Of a DNA stretch of 64,000 nucleotides, positions 1 to 10,785 are shown in pieces (position 1 is the first letter of the stretch; each line of letters begins with the position of its first letter). Source of the DNA: Syntrophales bacterium (GTDB lineage Bacteria; Desulfobacterota; Syntrophia; Syntrophales; UBA2210); contig CAXXNF010000002.1 of the NCBI GenBank assembly GCA_963666365.2, forward strand, positions 1,952,001 to 2,016,000, written 5' to 3'. A program made the position numbers and the translations under genes. The notes below the pieces were generated by a model. It saw only the letters and a program-made list of their open reading frames with translations. It had not been told where the DNA came from and did not search any database.

Positions 1-373
1 CCCAGTTGCCATGATGCCCCGTAAAGAGGATAAGTGGGCCGTCACCGGGCAACCTGTGAAGGTTCTCATCTATTGTATCTATGTCGACCAACTTTGAAAT
101 ATTAGCCCTGGTCAATGCCGGAATTTCAAATGTTTCCGCGGCAACCAATCCGAGATGGCGATATACGGCCTTGGATATTTTAATAATTTCTGAGATCCCC
201 TTTTCCGGAAAGGCACGGGCAAGGTTAGAAATCGTGATGATCCGGTGTTTCAGCGAAAGGTGATAGAAGGCGGCTGAGAAGCATGTGAATAGTCTTCTTC
301 TTGCCTCGAGAGGAATCGCGGTCACCATCGCCATGATGATCCCTGTTGCAAAGGTCTTATTTACTGGTTCCAT
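1..373 (-). CDS. Lipid A late acyltransferase (LpxL/HtrB family), 5' part; runs off the window edge
   Basis: Hand translation from the ATG at 373: MEPVNKTFATG...ISNLARAFPEK...PLILFTGHHGNW. This reaches the acyltransferase H-x-G-N-W motif. Overlaps the lpxK stop. Not in the ORF track. Confidence 0.8.
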   Translation of the reverse strand, partial: MEPVNKTFATGIIMAMVTAIPLEARRRLFTCFSAAFYHLSLKHRIITISNLARAFPEKGISEIIKISKAVYRHLGLVAAETFEIPALTRANISKLVDIDTIDENLHRLPGDGPLILFTGHHGNW

Positions 374-1452
374 TTATATGATACTGTCTCTATAAATTCG
401 TCGAGAGCGTCCCCCATATCCATTTCAATCCTGAGCAGACAAATCTGCGCATAAAATCGGGAAAACCGCTTCAATCGCACCCCATCTTTTTCTGTGGTGA
501 CAATCAGTTCTACCGATGCGGCTTGGGCGGTTTCAAGAATTGTCCTCACATCATCCTCACCATACCGATAATGATCGGGAAATGAAAGAAAACGGACGGC
601 ACTGCCGCAGATTATTTCAATAGTGCTTCGAAATCGCTCCGGATAGGCGATCCCGGCAAAGGCCAGAATTCGCTTTCCCTGCAGGGAGGAAAGGGAATGA
701 ATCGTCCCCTTTTCCCCTTCGAGAATATTCAGCGGCCTTCGTGCTCCCCTGAAAATAGGTATTGCCGGACAATGCGCTGCTATTGTCGCATTGCCCCCTG
801 CTGGAGACCGGCCGGCGCCTCCCCCATCGGTCATCACGATAATATCGGCCCTTTTCAGCGACCGGAGCGGTTCTCGCAATTCTCCCCTGGGGAGCATCAA
901 CCCATTGCCGAAGGGCGCCTCCTCATTCACCAACAGGATATCGACATCACGGTGGAGAGATCGGTGTTGAAAGGCATCGTCCAGAATAAGAAGATCGGCG
1001 CCGAATCGACCAATGGCGAGTCTTCCTGCGCGGAATCGACTCTTCCCCGTGATGACCGGCACCCCCTCGAGGGACTCCGCTATCAGCACCGGCTCGTCAC
1101 CGGCCGCTTCCGGACCTGCAAAAATGCGTTCTCCGTCTGAAACTACGGTAGTGCCCTTGCTGTTTCGTCCCCCATACCCCCTGCTGAGAACGGCAGGCCT
1201 ATATCCTTTCTCAGACAATCCTTTGGCCAGGGTGATCACCATTGGTGTTTTTCCCGTACCTCCGGCGGTGATATTTCCCACACTGATCACGGGACAGGGA
1301 AGACGTTCAATTTTTGATATGCCGCTATCGTACCCGGAGTTTCTCAGCCTGACTGCTCCCTCATAAAAAAAGGATGCCATGGTCGCCAGGCCGTACCACC
1401 CCCTCTTCCGGGCACTGATTCCCTTCATTGCGCGATCTCTGAGCGGCGCCAT
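361..1452 (-). CDS. lpxK: Tetraacyldisaccharide 4'-kinase
   Basis: VISVGNITAGGTGKTP, LSRGYG, GDEP and LDDAFQH motifs. Confidence 0.95.
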   Translation of the reverse strand: MAPLRDRAMKGISARKRGWYGLATMASFFYEGAVRLRNSGYDSGISKIERLPCPVISVGNITAGGTGKTPMVITLAKGLSEKGYRPAVLSRGYGGRNSKGTTVVSDGERIFAGPEAAGDEPVLIAESLEGVPVITGKSRFRAGRLAIGRFGADLLILDDAFQHRSLHRDVDILLVNEEAPFGNGLMLPRGELREPLRSLKRADIIVMTDGGGAGRSPAGGNATIAAHCPAIPIFRGARRPLNILEGEKGTIHSLSSLQGKRILAFAGIAYPERFRSTIEIICGSAVRFLSFPDHYRYGEDDVRTILETAQAASVELIVTTEKDGVRLKRFSRFYAQICLLRIEMDMGDALDEFIETVSYKWNQ

Positions 1453-1503
1453 TACCTACCGGACCCGTGACCGCGGATTTTCAATGGACACACTGCCTTT
1501 GCA

Positions 1504-3252
1504 CTAGTGGTATTCATGGCCGCCCTTCCCATTGGCTTCGAACTGCATGACATAGAGTCTGAAATACTCGCCCCTTATTTTCATGAGGCTCTCGTGATCG
1601 CCTTCTTCTATAATCTTTCCATTGACAAGCACCACAATACGATCGGCATGACGGATGGTGGAAAGACGATGTGCGATTACCAGCGTTGTCCTTCCCTTCA
1701 TGAGAGTCTCGAGTGCCTCCTGAACTTCCATCTCCGCCTCGGTATCGAGCGAAGACGTTGCCTCGTCCAGGATAAGAATAGGGGCATCCTTCAGAATCGA
1801 TCGTGCGATGGATATCCGCTGACGCTCACCTCCCGAGAGCCGCACTCCCTGCTCGCCTATGACAGTATCGTACCCTTGGGGGAGCTTCATAATGAACCCG
1901 TGTGCATTGGCGGCCTTGGCGGCCTTGATGATATCTCCTTCGTTTGTGTGTATATCGCCATAGGCGATATTATTTCTTACGGTATCGTTAAAGAGAATCA
2001 CCTGCTGGGTCACAATCCCGATCTGATCCCGAAGCGACTTGACCGTCACCTCGCGAATGTCAACGCCGTCAATAAGAATCGCCCCTTCACTCACTTCATA
2101 AAATCGGGGGATCAGATTTACCAGCGTTGATTTACCGCCGCCGCTCATCCCCACAAAGGCCACGATTTCTCCCACCTTTATCCCAAGATTGATGCCGTGC
2201 AGCACCGGCTCATTGCCGTCATAACTGAAGGTCACGTTTTTTATTTCTATCTCTCTGGATATGCCGGGCAATTTCACTGCCCCGTTTGCATCCCTGATTT
2301 CGGGAACATTGTCCATTATTTCGAACACTCTCAGGGCGCCTGCGATTCCCTGCTGGACGGTAATATTGACGTTTGCCAGCCTTTTGACCGGTTCATAGAG
2401 AAAAAGAAGGGCCGTGATAAATGAAAAAAATGTTCCCGGCGTCGAGGTCCCCTGGATCACCTGATACCCGCCATAGAATACGATGACGGCCACGCCCGTA
2501 TATCCCAGAAGTTCCATGAACGGACTCGATATGGCCCGTATCGACACGGATTTCATGAAAAGTTTGTAAAGTTTCTCATTCTCCTTCGCAAACCGTTTCC
2601 CCTCGTAGGCTTCCATGCCGAAGGCCTTGACAATTCTGGTGCCGGCAATGGCCTCCTGCAACAGATTCGTAAGCCCGCCCAGTGTCACCTGCGTGCTCGA
2701 AGCCACCTTTCTCATCTTTTGCCCGAACTTCACAATGGGAAGCACCGTAAGGGGGAATACCACCATGGCGATGATGGCTAATTTCCAGTCACGATAAAAA
2801 ACAACGAAGATAAGACCGACAAGCGTCACGCTGTCTTTGAGAATGCTGGTGACCGCCTCGGATACCGCTGTTTGAACGAGACTCACATCGCTGGTGATGC
2901 GCGACATAAGGGTCCCCGTGGGATTTTTATAGAAAAACGCAAGGGACTGTCTCTGTATGTGGTTGTAAAGCTCATTCCTAAGATCGGTCACGATCCGAAG
3001 TCCGATGAAATTCATCAGAACGGTCTGTCCGTAGGTGCATATCCCGCGGATCAGGGCCACCGAAATGATCGCCGCGAAGACCCAAAAAAGCATATCGGCA
3101 TTCTTGTCAACAAAGACATCATCAAGCACGGGTTTGACAAGCAGGGCTAGGATGGATTGCGTTGCCCCGACGGCCAGCATGCACACAATGGCGAGGATGA
3201 ACTTCGAGATATAGGGTTTCACCATTCTAAGCAGGCGCATATATATGTTCAT
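1504..3252 (-). CDS. msbA: Lipid A export ABC transporter (permease + ATPase)
   Basis: Six-TM domain, GMSGGGKST, LSGGERQR and ILDEATS. Start placed at MNIYMRLL (3252); the ORF track extends to 3288. Confidence 0.93.
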   Translation of the reverse strand: MNIYMRLLRMVKPYISKFILAIVCMLAVGATQSILALLVKPVLDDVFVDKNADMLFWVFAAIISVALIRGICTYGQTVLMNFIGLRIVTDLRNELYNHIQRQSLAFFYKNPTGTLMSRITSDVSLVQTAVSEAVTSILKDSVTLVGLIFVVFYRDWKLAIIAMVVFPLTVLPIVKFGQKMRKVASSTQVTLGGLTNLLQEAIAGTRIVKAFGMEAYEGKRFAKENEKLYKLFMKSVSIRAISSPFMELLGYTGVAVIVFYGGYQVIQGTSTPGTFFSFITALLFLYEPVKRLANVNITVQQGIAGALRVFEIMDNVPEIRDANGAVKLPGISREIEIKNVTFSYDGNEPVLHGINLGIKVGEIVAFVGMSGGGKSTLVNLIPRFYEVSEGAILIDGVDIREVTVKSLRDQIGIVTQQVILFNDTVRNNIAYGDIHTNEGDIIKAAKAANAHGFIMKLPQGYDTVIGEQGVRLSGGERQRISIARSILKDAPILILDEATSSLDTEAEMEVQEALETLMKGRTTLVIAHRLSTIRHADRIVVLVNGKIIEEGDHESLMKIRGEYFRLYVMQFEANGKGGHEYH

Positions 3253-3265
3253 GAACGCGTTCTCC

Positions 3266-4456
3266 CTAATGCCTCGCTGCCAACCCATGGGATTCTCTTA
3301 TCAGTGCACAGGCGAGTGCGGCGGCCCTTGCCGCAGCGCCGGCAGATCCCAGTTTTTTCCTCACATCCCTCAACCCGGATGTGATGGCCTTCCTTCGTTC
3401 GGCATCAGTCATAATCTTTACAATCTCGCGGGCCATTTTTGCCGGCTCAGCATCTCCCTGTATGAACTCCGGAACGACTTCCTTCCCGGCAATGAGGTTA
3501 ACCAGTCCTATGTGATCGACATTAATCACTGTTCTACCCAGCAGGTATGAAAAGAGAGACACCTTATATACGATAATCATCGGGATTTCAAGGAGTGCCG
3601 CCTCCAGAGTGGCCGTTCCCGATGCAACCATGGCGGCATCCGAAATTCCCACGGCATCATATGTGTCATGCTGCACCACCGTGATGTCAAACGAAAAGGT
3701 CGCCATTATTGACCGAACCAGGTCAGGAGAAATCCCATCAGCCAGAGGGAGAACGAACTGGGAATCGGGTATCTTCTCCGCAATAATACGGGCGGCGCAA
3801 AGCATTGAGGGAAGAAGATTCTCCACCTCCTTTTCTCTGCTGCCGGGAAGCAGCGCCACCGTGGCCTTCTGGGGGTGTAATCCAAAACGCTCGAGCGCCT
3901 CCTCTCTGGGGTACTTTCTCCGTACCGCATCGAGAAGGGGATGCCCCACAAAGTGCACATCCAGGCCTGTCGGCTCGTAGCAGGCGGCTTCGAAGGGGAG
4001 AATAACCGCCAGACGATCCACATATTTTTCAAGAAAGTAGATTCTTTTCCTTCTCCATGCCCACACTTGAGGACTGATATAATAGAACACAGGTATGCCG
4101 GCATTTTTGGCGAATTTTGCAAGGGGCATGTTAAAATCGGGATAATCGATCAGGATCACCAGATCGGGGGGCGCCTCTTTGAGCATTCTCTTTATCTTGC
4201 GACGCACACTAAGAATAAACCCCAGTTTTGCAAAAACCTCAGTAAGCCCCACAACGGCCATCTGGGATGAATGGGCAACAAGACGGACACCGGCTTTTCG
4301 CATCAGATCGCCGCCGATTCCGAAAAACCTGATCCCTGAGTCAAGAGCGCGCATCTCGAGGACAAGATTCGATCCGTGGAGATCACCCGATTGTTCTCCC
4401 GCGACAATCAAGATGTTTTTACTATGGGAAGAAGTTCCCTCCCTTTCAGGATGCAT
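3266..4456 (-). CDS. lpxB: Lipid-A-disaccharide synthase
   Basis: AGEQSGDLHG, IDYPDFN, YYISPQVWAWR and LLPGSR motifs. Confidence 0.96.
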   Translation of the reverse strand: MHPEREGTSSHSKNILIVAGEQSGDLHGSNLVLEMRALDSGIRFFGIGGDLMRKAGVRLVAHSSQMAVVGLTEVFAKLGFILSVRRKIKRMLKEAPPDLVILIDYPDFNMPLAKFAKNAGIPVFYYISPQVWAWRRKRIYFLEKYVDRLAVILPFEAACYEPTGLDVHFVGHPLLDAVRRKYPREEALERFGLHPQKATVALLPGSREKEVENLLPSMLCAARIIAEKIPDSQFVLPLADGISPDLVRSIMATFSFDITVVQHDTYDAVGISDAAMVASGTATLEAALLEIPMIIVYKVSLFSYLLGRTVINVDHIGLVNLIAGKEVVPEFIQGDAEPAKMAREIVKIMTDAERRKAITSGLRDVRKKLGSAGAAARAAALACALIRESHGLAARH

Positions 4457-4541
4457 AGGGAATCACATACCACACAGAGAGCGCTGTCTCGTGAGATCAA
4501 AAGAGACCTCCGTCGCTGTGCGTATCTTTGATCGCGCCCTC

Positions 4542-5510
4542 TTATTCAGGCGCTTGCTGAAATGTACCAATGATCTTCCTTTCCTCTTCGATCCTGTGAA
4601 TAATACGAAGCGCCAGATCAAGCGACTTTCTCGCTTCTCTACCTGAAACAAGCGGCTCCTTCCTGATAATCACCGATTCGATGAAGTCCCGTAATTCGGC
4701 TTCCAATGGATCGACCTGCCGCACTTCCACATCGTTGCACCCTATCTCTTTTCTCCCATCACTGCGAGTATTCATTCCCAGCGATACCAACTCTCTGGCG
4801 GCACAATCGACGGAGTGATATCCATCAAGCCCGAAAAAACGTATTTTTTGCATTTTTTTTGCCGATATGCGGCTTGCCGTAATATTTGCCACGCACCCGT
4901 TCTCGAAGGCCGCCCTGACATTTGCAATATCAACCTTGTCTGAGAGGACCGACACCCCCACAGCATCAATTCTCTTAATCGGGGATTTAACGAAATGGAG
5001 AATGATATCAATGTCATGTATCATCAAATCGAGGATGACATCCACATCAGTCCCTCTGTTGAAGAATGAGTGAAGTCTGTGTGATTCTACAAAGAGGGGT
5101 TGCAGAGACAGCGCGGTGAGCGCTGCAATGGCGGGGTTGAATCGCTCCACAAACCCCACCTGCAGAATGCATTCATGTCTATCGGCACGGGCAATGAGAT
5201 CATCGGCCTCTTCCAGGGTGGAGGTAAGCGGCTTTTCCACCAGCACATCGATGCCCGCATCAAGAAAATCCCGGGCAATTTCGTAGTGGCTCAGTGTGGG
5301 GGTCGCAATACTCACCGCATCTACCCGGCCGAAAAGCTCCCGGTGATCGGTAAATCCCTCACACCCGTGTTTTTGGGCTGCTTCCCGCACCTTTGCAGGG
5401 TCTGTATCGACGACTCCTTCAATGGTACAGGCTTCTATTTTTTCATATTTCTGCAGATGATAGGTCCCCAGATGTCCGATGCCTACCACGCCGATGCGCA
5501 CATTCTTCAT
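4542..5510 (-). CDS. Gfo/Idh/MocA oxidoreductase, probable GnnA-type UDP-GlcNAc 3-dehydrogenase
   Basis: GVVGIGHLG, VEKP, ERFNP and DLMIHDID motifs; located between lpxA and lpxB. Confidence 0.75.
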   Translation of the reverse strand: MKNVRIGVVGIGHLGTYHLQKYEKIEACTIEGVVDTDPAKVREAAQKHGCEGFTDHRELFGRVDAVSIATPTLSHYEIARDFLDAGIDVLVEKPLTSTLEEADDLIARADRHECILQVGFVERFNPAIAALTALSLQPLFVESHRLHSFFNRGTDVDVILDLMIHDIDIILHFVKSPIKRIDAVGVSVLSDKVDIANVRAAFENGCVANITASRISAKKMQKIRFFGLDGYHSVDCAARELVSLGMNTRSDGRKEIGCNDVEVRQVDPLEAELRDFIESVIIRKEPLVSGREARKSLDLALRIIHRIEEERKIIGTFQQAPE

Positions 5511-5552
5511 CGCATACTCTCAGTGAAGCACTCCCTTTTGCCTGTTGGCCTG

Positions 5553-6326
5553 TTATCGAATAATGCCTCTTTCCGAATTTTCTATGAATGTCAAGAAATG
5601 AACGACTTCTTCGCTGTCCGCCAGTTCCTGCTTTGCTTTCGCAATCGCCTGGGAAAGCAACAGAGAGGAGCGGTATACAATGCGGTAGGCCTCTTTAAGG
5701 GCCTTGAGCGATTCCGCCGAAAATCCCCTTCTCTCGAGACCTATCATGTTCAGCCCATAGATTTTGGCACGGTTTCCCGAGACCACGACGTAAGGAGGCA
5801 CATCGCGCGTCACCGCCGAAGCGCCGCCGATCATCGCATGGCATCCAATGCGGCAAAACTGATGCACACCCGACAAACCCCCTATAGTCACAAAATCCTC
5901 CACATGAATATGGCCGGCAAGATTTGCGGCATTCGCCATTACGATATTATTCCCCAATTTGCAGTTGTGGGCAACATGGCAATAGGCCATAAGAAGATTG
6001 TTGTCACCGATGCAGGTCATGCCGATATCGGCAGCGGTCGCCCTGTGTATGGTGACAAACTCACGTATTATATTGTTATTTCCAATAATTACTTTACACT
6101 TTTCTCCCTTGAATTTGAGATCCTGCGGCGCCGCCCCGATTGACGCAAACTGAAAGATCCGACAATTACGCCCAATCTCGGTGGGACCTTCTATGACCAC
6201 ATGGGGACCGACTGCCGACCCCTCGCCAATTGTCACTTCAGGCCCCACAACACTGTAAGGACCTATTTCAACGTCTGAAGCTATCTCTGCCTCCGGCGAT
6301 ACAATCGCCGATGGATGTATACTCAT
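5553..6326 (-). CDS. lpxA: Acyl-ACP--UDP-N-acetylglucosamine O-acyltransferase
   Basis: IHPSAIV start, hexapeptide repeats, PQDLKF, HVAHNC, VHQF and [12 protein letters not shown]. Confidence 0.96.
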   Translation of the reverse strand: MSIHPSAIVSPEAEIASDVEIGPYSVVGPEVTIGEGSAVGPHVVIEGPTEIGRNCRIFQFASIGAAPQDLKFKGEKCKVIIGNNNIIREFVTIHRATAADIGMTCIGDNNLLMAYCHVAHNCKLGNNIVMANAANLAGHIHVEDFVTIGGLSGVHQFCRIGCHAMIGGASAVTRDVPPYVVVSGNRAKIYGLNMIGLERRGFSAESLKALKEAYRIVYRSSLLLSQAIAKAKQELADSEEVVHFLTFIENSERGIIR

Positions 6327-6333
6327 GGATACG

Positions 6334-7386
6334 TTACCTCTCGTTCATTTCGTCAACAGTTTTTTCAATCGCGTTGATCCGCTGCAACAATGAAAGCATA
6401 TTTTTTCTCATTTCGGGAAGTTTCGGAAGGGTTGCCTGCATTCGAAGCCAATCACGATGAGGCATCTGCCCATACCCCGACACAACGGCGCCGGGAGCAA
6501 CATCCTTATGGATTCCTGATTTTGCGGCAATCATGGCATAATCGCCCACGGCGATGTGGCCGACCAACCCGGCCTGCCCCCCTATAAGGACGCCTTTTCC
6601 TATCTTGGCACTGCCCGATATGCCTACCTGTGCGACAACAATTGAATTTTCACCTATTACCACATTGTGGCCGACCTGCACCAAGTTATCGATCTTCACA
6701 CCCCGCTTGATCCAGGTCTTTCCCAGTGTTCCTCTGTCAATGGTTGTGTTCGCGCCTATTTCACAATCGTCGTCAATCTGCACAATTCCCACCTGAGGAA
6801 CCTTGACGTTGCCTTCACCGGGGCTTGCAAACCCGAATCCGTCGCTCCCCACCACTACGCCGGCATGAAGAATCACCCGTTTTCCTATCAGGCATCTCCG
6901 GTAAACGGACACATGTGAATAGAGGATGGACTCCTCACCTATTACGGCGCCCGTTCCCACAGATACGCCGGGGTAAAGCACCGCACCTTTTTCGATACGG
7001 GCCTTATGCCCCACGTAGGCTCCGGGATAAATGGTTACCGATTCGGCAACATATGCATCATCCGCCACATAGGCGTTGTCGCTCACTCCGCTAAAATCGA
7101 CCTCATCCGGATACATGAATGATAAGATCCGGGCAAGGGACACATAGGGATCATCGACAATGACAAAATTCTTCCCTGCGGCCGATACGCCTGGAGATAC
7201 CAGTATCGCCGAGGCCCTCGTCGTTTCGATTCTGCTGCGATATTTCGGATTTGCCACGAATGTGAGATCGCCTTCACCGGCCTCATCAATTCCACAGACG
7301 TGACAGACCTTCACCTCGGGGTCCCCTTCGATCCTTCCCCCAAGATGGGCGGCAATCTCTTTGAGCGTCAGTTCCACAATGTGCAT
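6334..7386 (-). CDS. lpxD: UDP-3-O-(3-hydroxyacyl)glucosamine N-acyltransferase
   Basis: [17 protein letters not shown] and [11 protein letters not shown] motifs. Confidence 0.96.
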   Translation of the reverse strand: MHIVELTLKEIAAHLGGRIEGDPEVKVCHVCGIDEAGEGDLTFVANPKYRSRIETTRASAILVSPGVSAAGKNFVIVDDPYVSLARILSFMYPDEVDFSGVSDNAYVADDAYVAESVTIYPGAYVGHKARIEKGAVLYPGVSVGTGAVIGEESILYSHVSVYRRCLIGKRVILHAGVVVGSDGFGFASPGEGNVKVPQVGIVQIDDDCEIGANTTIDRGTLGKTWIKRGVKIDNLVQVGHNVVIGENSIVVAQVGISGSAKIGKGVLIGGQAGLVGHIAVGDYAMIAAKSGIHKDVAPGAVVSGYGQMPHRDWLRMQATLPKLPEMRKNMLSLLQRINAIEKTVDEMNER

Positions 7387-7567
7387 TCACCCTCTTGTGT
7401 TCACAAACCCTTGAAATTCTTTCCTGCGGTACCCATGTCCAGGATCTCTTCCCCGGCATTTCAAATGCACAGACTCCAGCACAGGCCCTTTTCGAGAACC
7501 GATGAACCGGCATGCGAAAGTGACCGGCAACGGAATCAACCACAGCCCTGACCGGCACCAACAGCAG

Positions 7568-8095
7568 TTACTTCTTTGATGAACGGTATGATTTATTAAA
7601 CTGATCGATAACACGGTCCGTAATATCATTCTGAGCGGAATTGTAGAAAAGACCGCTGGTGCCGACATCGAAAATTGCGGAATAGCCCTCTTTCTTACCG
7701 ATGTCATTAAGAACCTTCTGTATATCCGGAATAAGCCCCTGTGTTACCTGCTGATCCCGCAACTTCATTTCATCATTGGCATCCTCTATAAACCTCTTAT
7801 AATCCCTGAATTTCTTCTGATAGCTCAATTCTTTTTCTCTGTAGGCGGCTTCCGTCAAGACGGAGCGTTGTTTTTCAAGGTGGCCCTTCATTTTTTCCAA
7901 TTCTGTTTCTTTTTCCTTAATCTGAGCTTTTTTTGAATCCACATATTGTTTCAGGTTCTGCGCCGCCTCTTTTCCCGCCTCGGATTCAAAAAGAATCTTC
8001 TTTATATTCACGAAAACAATTTTCTCTGCCGCAAAGGCGGTTGTTCCACCCACAAGAAACGACACCACAACCAACATGCACAGGACTTTTCTCAT
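7568..8095 (-). CDS. skp: Periplasmic chaperone OmpH/Skp
   Basis: Signal peptide, KIVFVN, coiled coil and DITDRVI; lies between bamA and lpxD. Confidence 0.9.
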   Translation of the reverse strand: MRKVLCMLVVVSFLVGGTTAFAAEKIVFVNIKKILFESEAGKEAAQNLKQYVDSKKAQIKEKETELEKMKGHLEKQRSVLTEAAYREKELSYQKKFRDYKRFIEDANDEMKLRDQQVTQGLIPDIQKVLNDIGKKEGYSAIFDVGTSGLFYNSAQNDITDRVIDQFNKSYRSSKK

Positions 8096-8142
8096 TCACT
8101 TATTCCTCTCATTATAAAATATTTTTAAAAAACGCTTCGCTA

Positions 8143-10785
8143 TCACATCGCCATACCGATCGTAAATTCCCATCTGTTTTTCGCTTCATCATCCTTGGGA
8201 TCGAGCACATGTCCCCACTCAAGACGAAAAGGCCCCAAGGGGGAATTCCAGCGAATGCCGACACCTGCGGTTTGCCTCAAGTCATTCAGATGGTATCCGC
8301 CGCTCCATGCGTTTCCCGTATCGAAAAAGACCACGCCTCGAATACCGGCATCCTCAATCAGAGGGAAAATCAGTTCCGAATTGAATACCAGCATGGTGAC
8401 CCCACCCAGCACCTCACCCGTAGTCGGATCCCGCGGTCCTACATCCCTAAGTCCCCGTATGGTATTTATCCCTCCGAGATAATACCGTTCATAAATGGGA
8501 ACTTCCTTTCCTCCATGCCCGCGAATGACCCCCATTTGGCCGCCGATTGCGAGCACATTGTCCCAGGGAAGCGGGAAATACAACCGTGAATCCACCCGGT
8601 AGCGCATAAAACTGGCGTCTCCCTGAAAGATTGAACCGGTGTATTCAAGGGAAATGGTATGTTTTGATCCCCTGGTGGGAAACATCCAGTCGTTTTTCGT
8701 GTCTCTTATGAGGGATATCGTAACACCGCTGGAAGTTATTTCCCCTTCCTGTTCCTTTACAAATCGCGACGCGTAGGACGCTACGTTTCTTATATTGTTA
8801 AATGCAAATTCATACTGGACATAGCCGCTCACACGCTCAAAAAGGTGATACCCCAACGAGACGCCGAAGCCCTGGGTATCGACATCGTAGGTATCGTATT
8901 CCTTTGCCATATCCCAGGCTTTGAACTTGCTCCAGAGAGGAATGTCGAAAAGCCATGGTTCGACAAAGGATAATTCGTAATTCGTGGTGCTCGACCCCAG
9001 ATGGGCGTTGAGACTCAGCGTCTGGCCCTTCCCGAAGAGATTCCTCTCCTGAACCTGGGCCATGAAAACGGCGTTTTCCTGTGCGCTGTAGCCGGCGCCG
9101 ACACTGAAAAGACCGGTGGACTTTTCCTTCACATGGACGTCGATGTCCATGAGAGACTCTTCGGGGCCTTTTCCCGTTTGAAAATTTACCTCCTCAAAAT
9201 ACCTGAGCTGATTGAGGCTGTTGTAACTTCGCTTCAACTTGTCTCTGTTGTAGAGTTCTCCCTCCACCACCTGAAGTAATCGCCGAATTACCTTGTCACG
9301 TGTCCTGCTATTGCCGGTAATCGCGATTCTGTTGATATAGGTCAGATCACCCTTTTCAATGTGATAGGTGACATCCACTTCCCGCTTCTCTTCATTGGCG
9401 CGCGTTTCGGGAAGCACACTTGCATATGCATAGCCTTCATTGTTGCAGGCCCCCATCAAATAGTCCATATCATGGACGATAGCTTCACGATCGAAATGGC
9501 CGGTCTGGGCTATCTGCAGTCCTTTCATCAGTTCTGACCGGGGAATTGACAGCATGTCGCCGGTAATATCCACACGTCCCACTCTGAATTGCTTCCCCTC
9601 AATGACGGGAATGGTGACGTATATCCATTTCTCATCAGTCCTGATTTCCGGATCGCCGACCTGCGCATTGATATAGCCGTTATTGTGATAAAAGGCGGTC
9701 AGTTTTTCGATGTCTTTCTTGAGTTCATTGCGGTTCAGCAACCCTGAATCAGTAAGAAAATGAAAGATGCCCCACTCGGACACTTCCATCATACCTCGAA
9801 GCTCCTTATCCGTATATACCTTATTCCCCTCAAAGGAGATGTTCTTGATATAGGGCCGTTTGTGCTCGACAATGGTAAACACCACCGACACATCTTTTCC
9901 TTCTTCCCCCTCTGCAGCGTAGGTCACTTCCGCATTAAGATATCCCTTCTCTTTGTAAAGATTTTTTATGTGTTCGGCATCGGTCTTGACTTTCTCAGGG
10001 TTATAGATTTGACGAGGTTTAATCGTCACCACTTCATCAATGTCGTCGCGATTAATCTTTTTGTGCCCTCGAATCTCCACATTGTGAATCAAGGGACGTT
10101 CCTTGACGATGAAGGTCACCGTTTTCCCGTCGGAGGAGTCCTCAACAGTAGTTCTCACATCCTCGAAAAAACCCATCTTAAAGATCGTTTTAATGTCGGC
10201 TGAAAGGACATTCTTTGAAAATAGCGTGCCCTTAGTGCTCTTAATGACATTGTAAAGGGCACTTTCCTCCACCCTCCGGTTACCGGTAAATTTCACCTGT
10301 GCAATTCTCTGATGCGCAAACAATCGAAATAAAATCTCTCGCACCAGCGAAGAGGAAATTGTGTGTATGCTTTCCAGACCCGTCCCCTGGGCATAAATAT
10401 CGCGAATCGACGTATTGTGTTCCACATCAAAGACCTGGACATCGGCACTTATCAGATTTCCCAGGCGGGTAAGGCTGCCCATGAGGACAAAATCGGCGCC
10501 GATTCTCCTCCCCAACGCGGCCGCACTGTGTTGATCTACCAGCGAAAGATCAATCGAATCCTCCAATTGACCGATATCGACAATCTTCACGTACTGTTGT
10601 TTCAAAAGTTCCGTAGTGATTTCGTTTGTAATATGACTTTTCAGATACTCGGTATCTGACTTGCTGTGAATCTCAAAGGGGAGGACGACAATTGTTTTCG
10701 GTGCATCGGCAAGGATCGCCCGGGGAAATAACAAAAGCAGCGCCAAAAGGGCGATTGTCCCGCATTTCGAATAATTAGAAGTCAT
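8143..10785 (-). CDS. bamA: Outer membrane protein assembly factor BamA with an extra N-terminal domain
   Basis: POTRA repeats (GNSRTRDKVIRR), ERNLFGKGQ, GGINTIRG and WNSPLGPFRLEW. Confidence 0.95.
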   Translation of the reverse strand: MTSNYSKCGTIALLALLLLFPRAILADAPKTIVVLPFEIHSKSDTEYLKSHITNEITTELLKQQYVKIVDIGQLEDSIDLSLVDQHSAAALGRRIGADFVLMGSLTRLGNLISADVQVFDVEHNTSIRDIYAQGTGLESIHTISSSLVREILFRLFAHQRIAQVKFTGNRRVEESALYNVIKSTKGTLFSKNVLSADIKTIFKMGFFEDVRTTVEDSSDGKTVTFIVKERPLIHNVEIRGHKKINRDDIDEVVTIKPRQIYNPEKVKTDAEHIKNLYKEKGYLNAEVTYAAEGEEGKDVSVVFTIVEHKRPYIKNISFEGNKVYTDKELRGMMEVSEWGIFHFLTDSGLLNRNELKKDIEKLTAFYHNNGYINAQVGDPEIRTDEKWIYVTIPVIEGKQFRVGRVDITGDMLSIPRSELMKGLQIAQTGHFDREAIVHDMDYLMGACNNEGYAYASVLPETRANEEKREVDVTYHIEKGDLTYINRIAITGNSRTRDKVIRRLLQVVEGELYNRDKLKRSYNSLNQLRYFEEVNFQTGKGPEESLMDIDVHVKEKSTGLFSVGAGYSAQENAVFMAQVQERNLFGKGQTLSLNAHLGSSTTNYELSFVEPWLFDIPLWSKFKAWDMAKEYDTYDVDTQGFGVSLGYHLFERVSGYVQYEFAFNNIRNVASYASRFVKEQEGEITSSGVTISLIRDTKNDWMFPTRGSKHTISLEYTGSIFQGDASFMRYRVDSRLYFPLPWDNVLAIGGQMGVIRGHGGKEVPIYERYYLGGINTIRGLRDVGPRDPTTGEVLGGVTMLVFNSELIFPLIEDAGIRGVVFFDTGNAWSGGYHLNDLRQTAGVGIRWNSPLGPFRLEWGHVLDPKDDEAKNRWEFTIGMAM

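Noticed and set aside
1452..1517. 21-codon minus-strand ORF (MNTTSAKAVCPLKIRGHGSGR) bridging the msbA stop and the lpxK start
   Set aside because: No recognisable motif. It could be chance, a coupling peptide or a remnant; nothing in the sequence distinguishes these.
5100..6143. 347-aa plus-strand ORF, and similar long antisense ORFs at 32034-33041, 39800-40828 and 52764-53606
   Set aside because: Shadow frames opposite well-supported genes, with no motifs of their own
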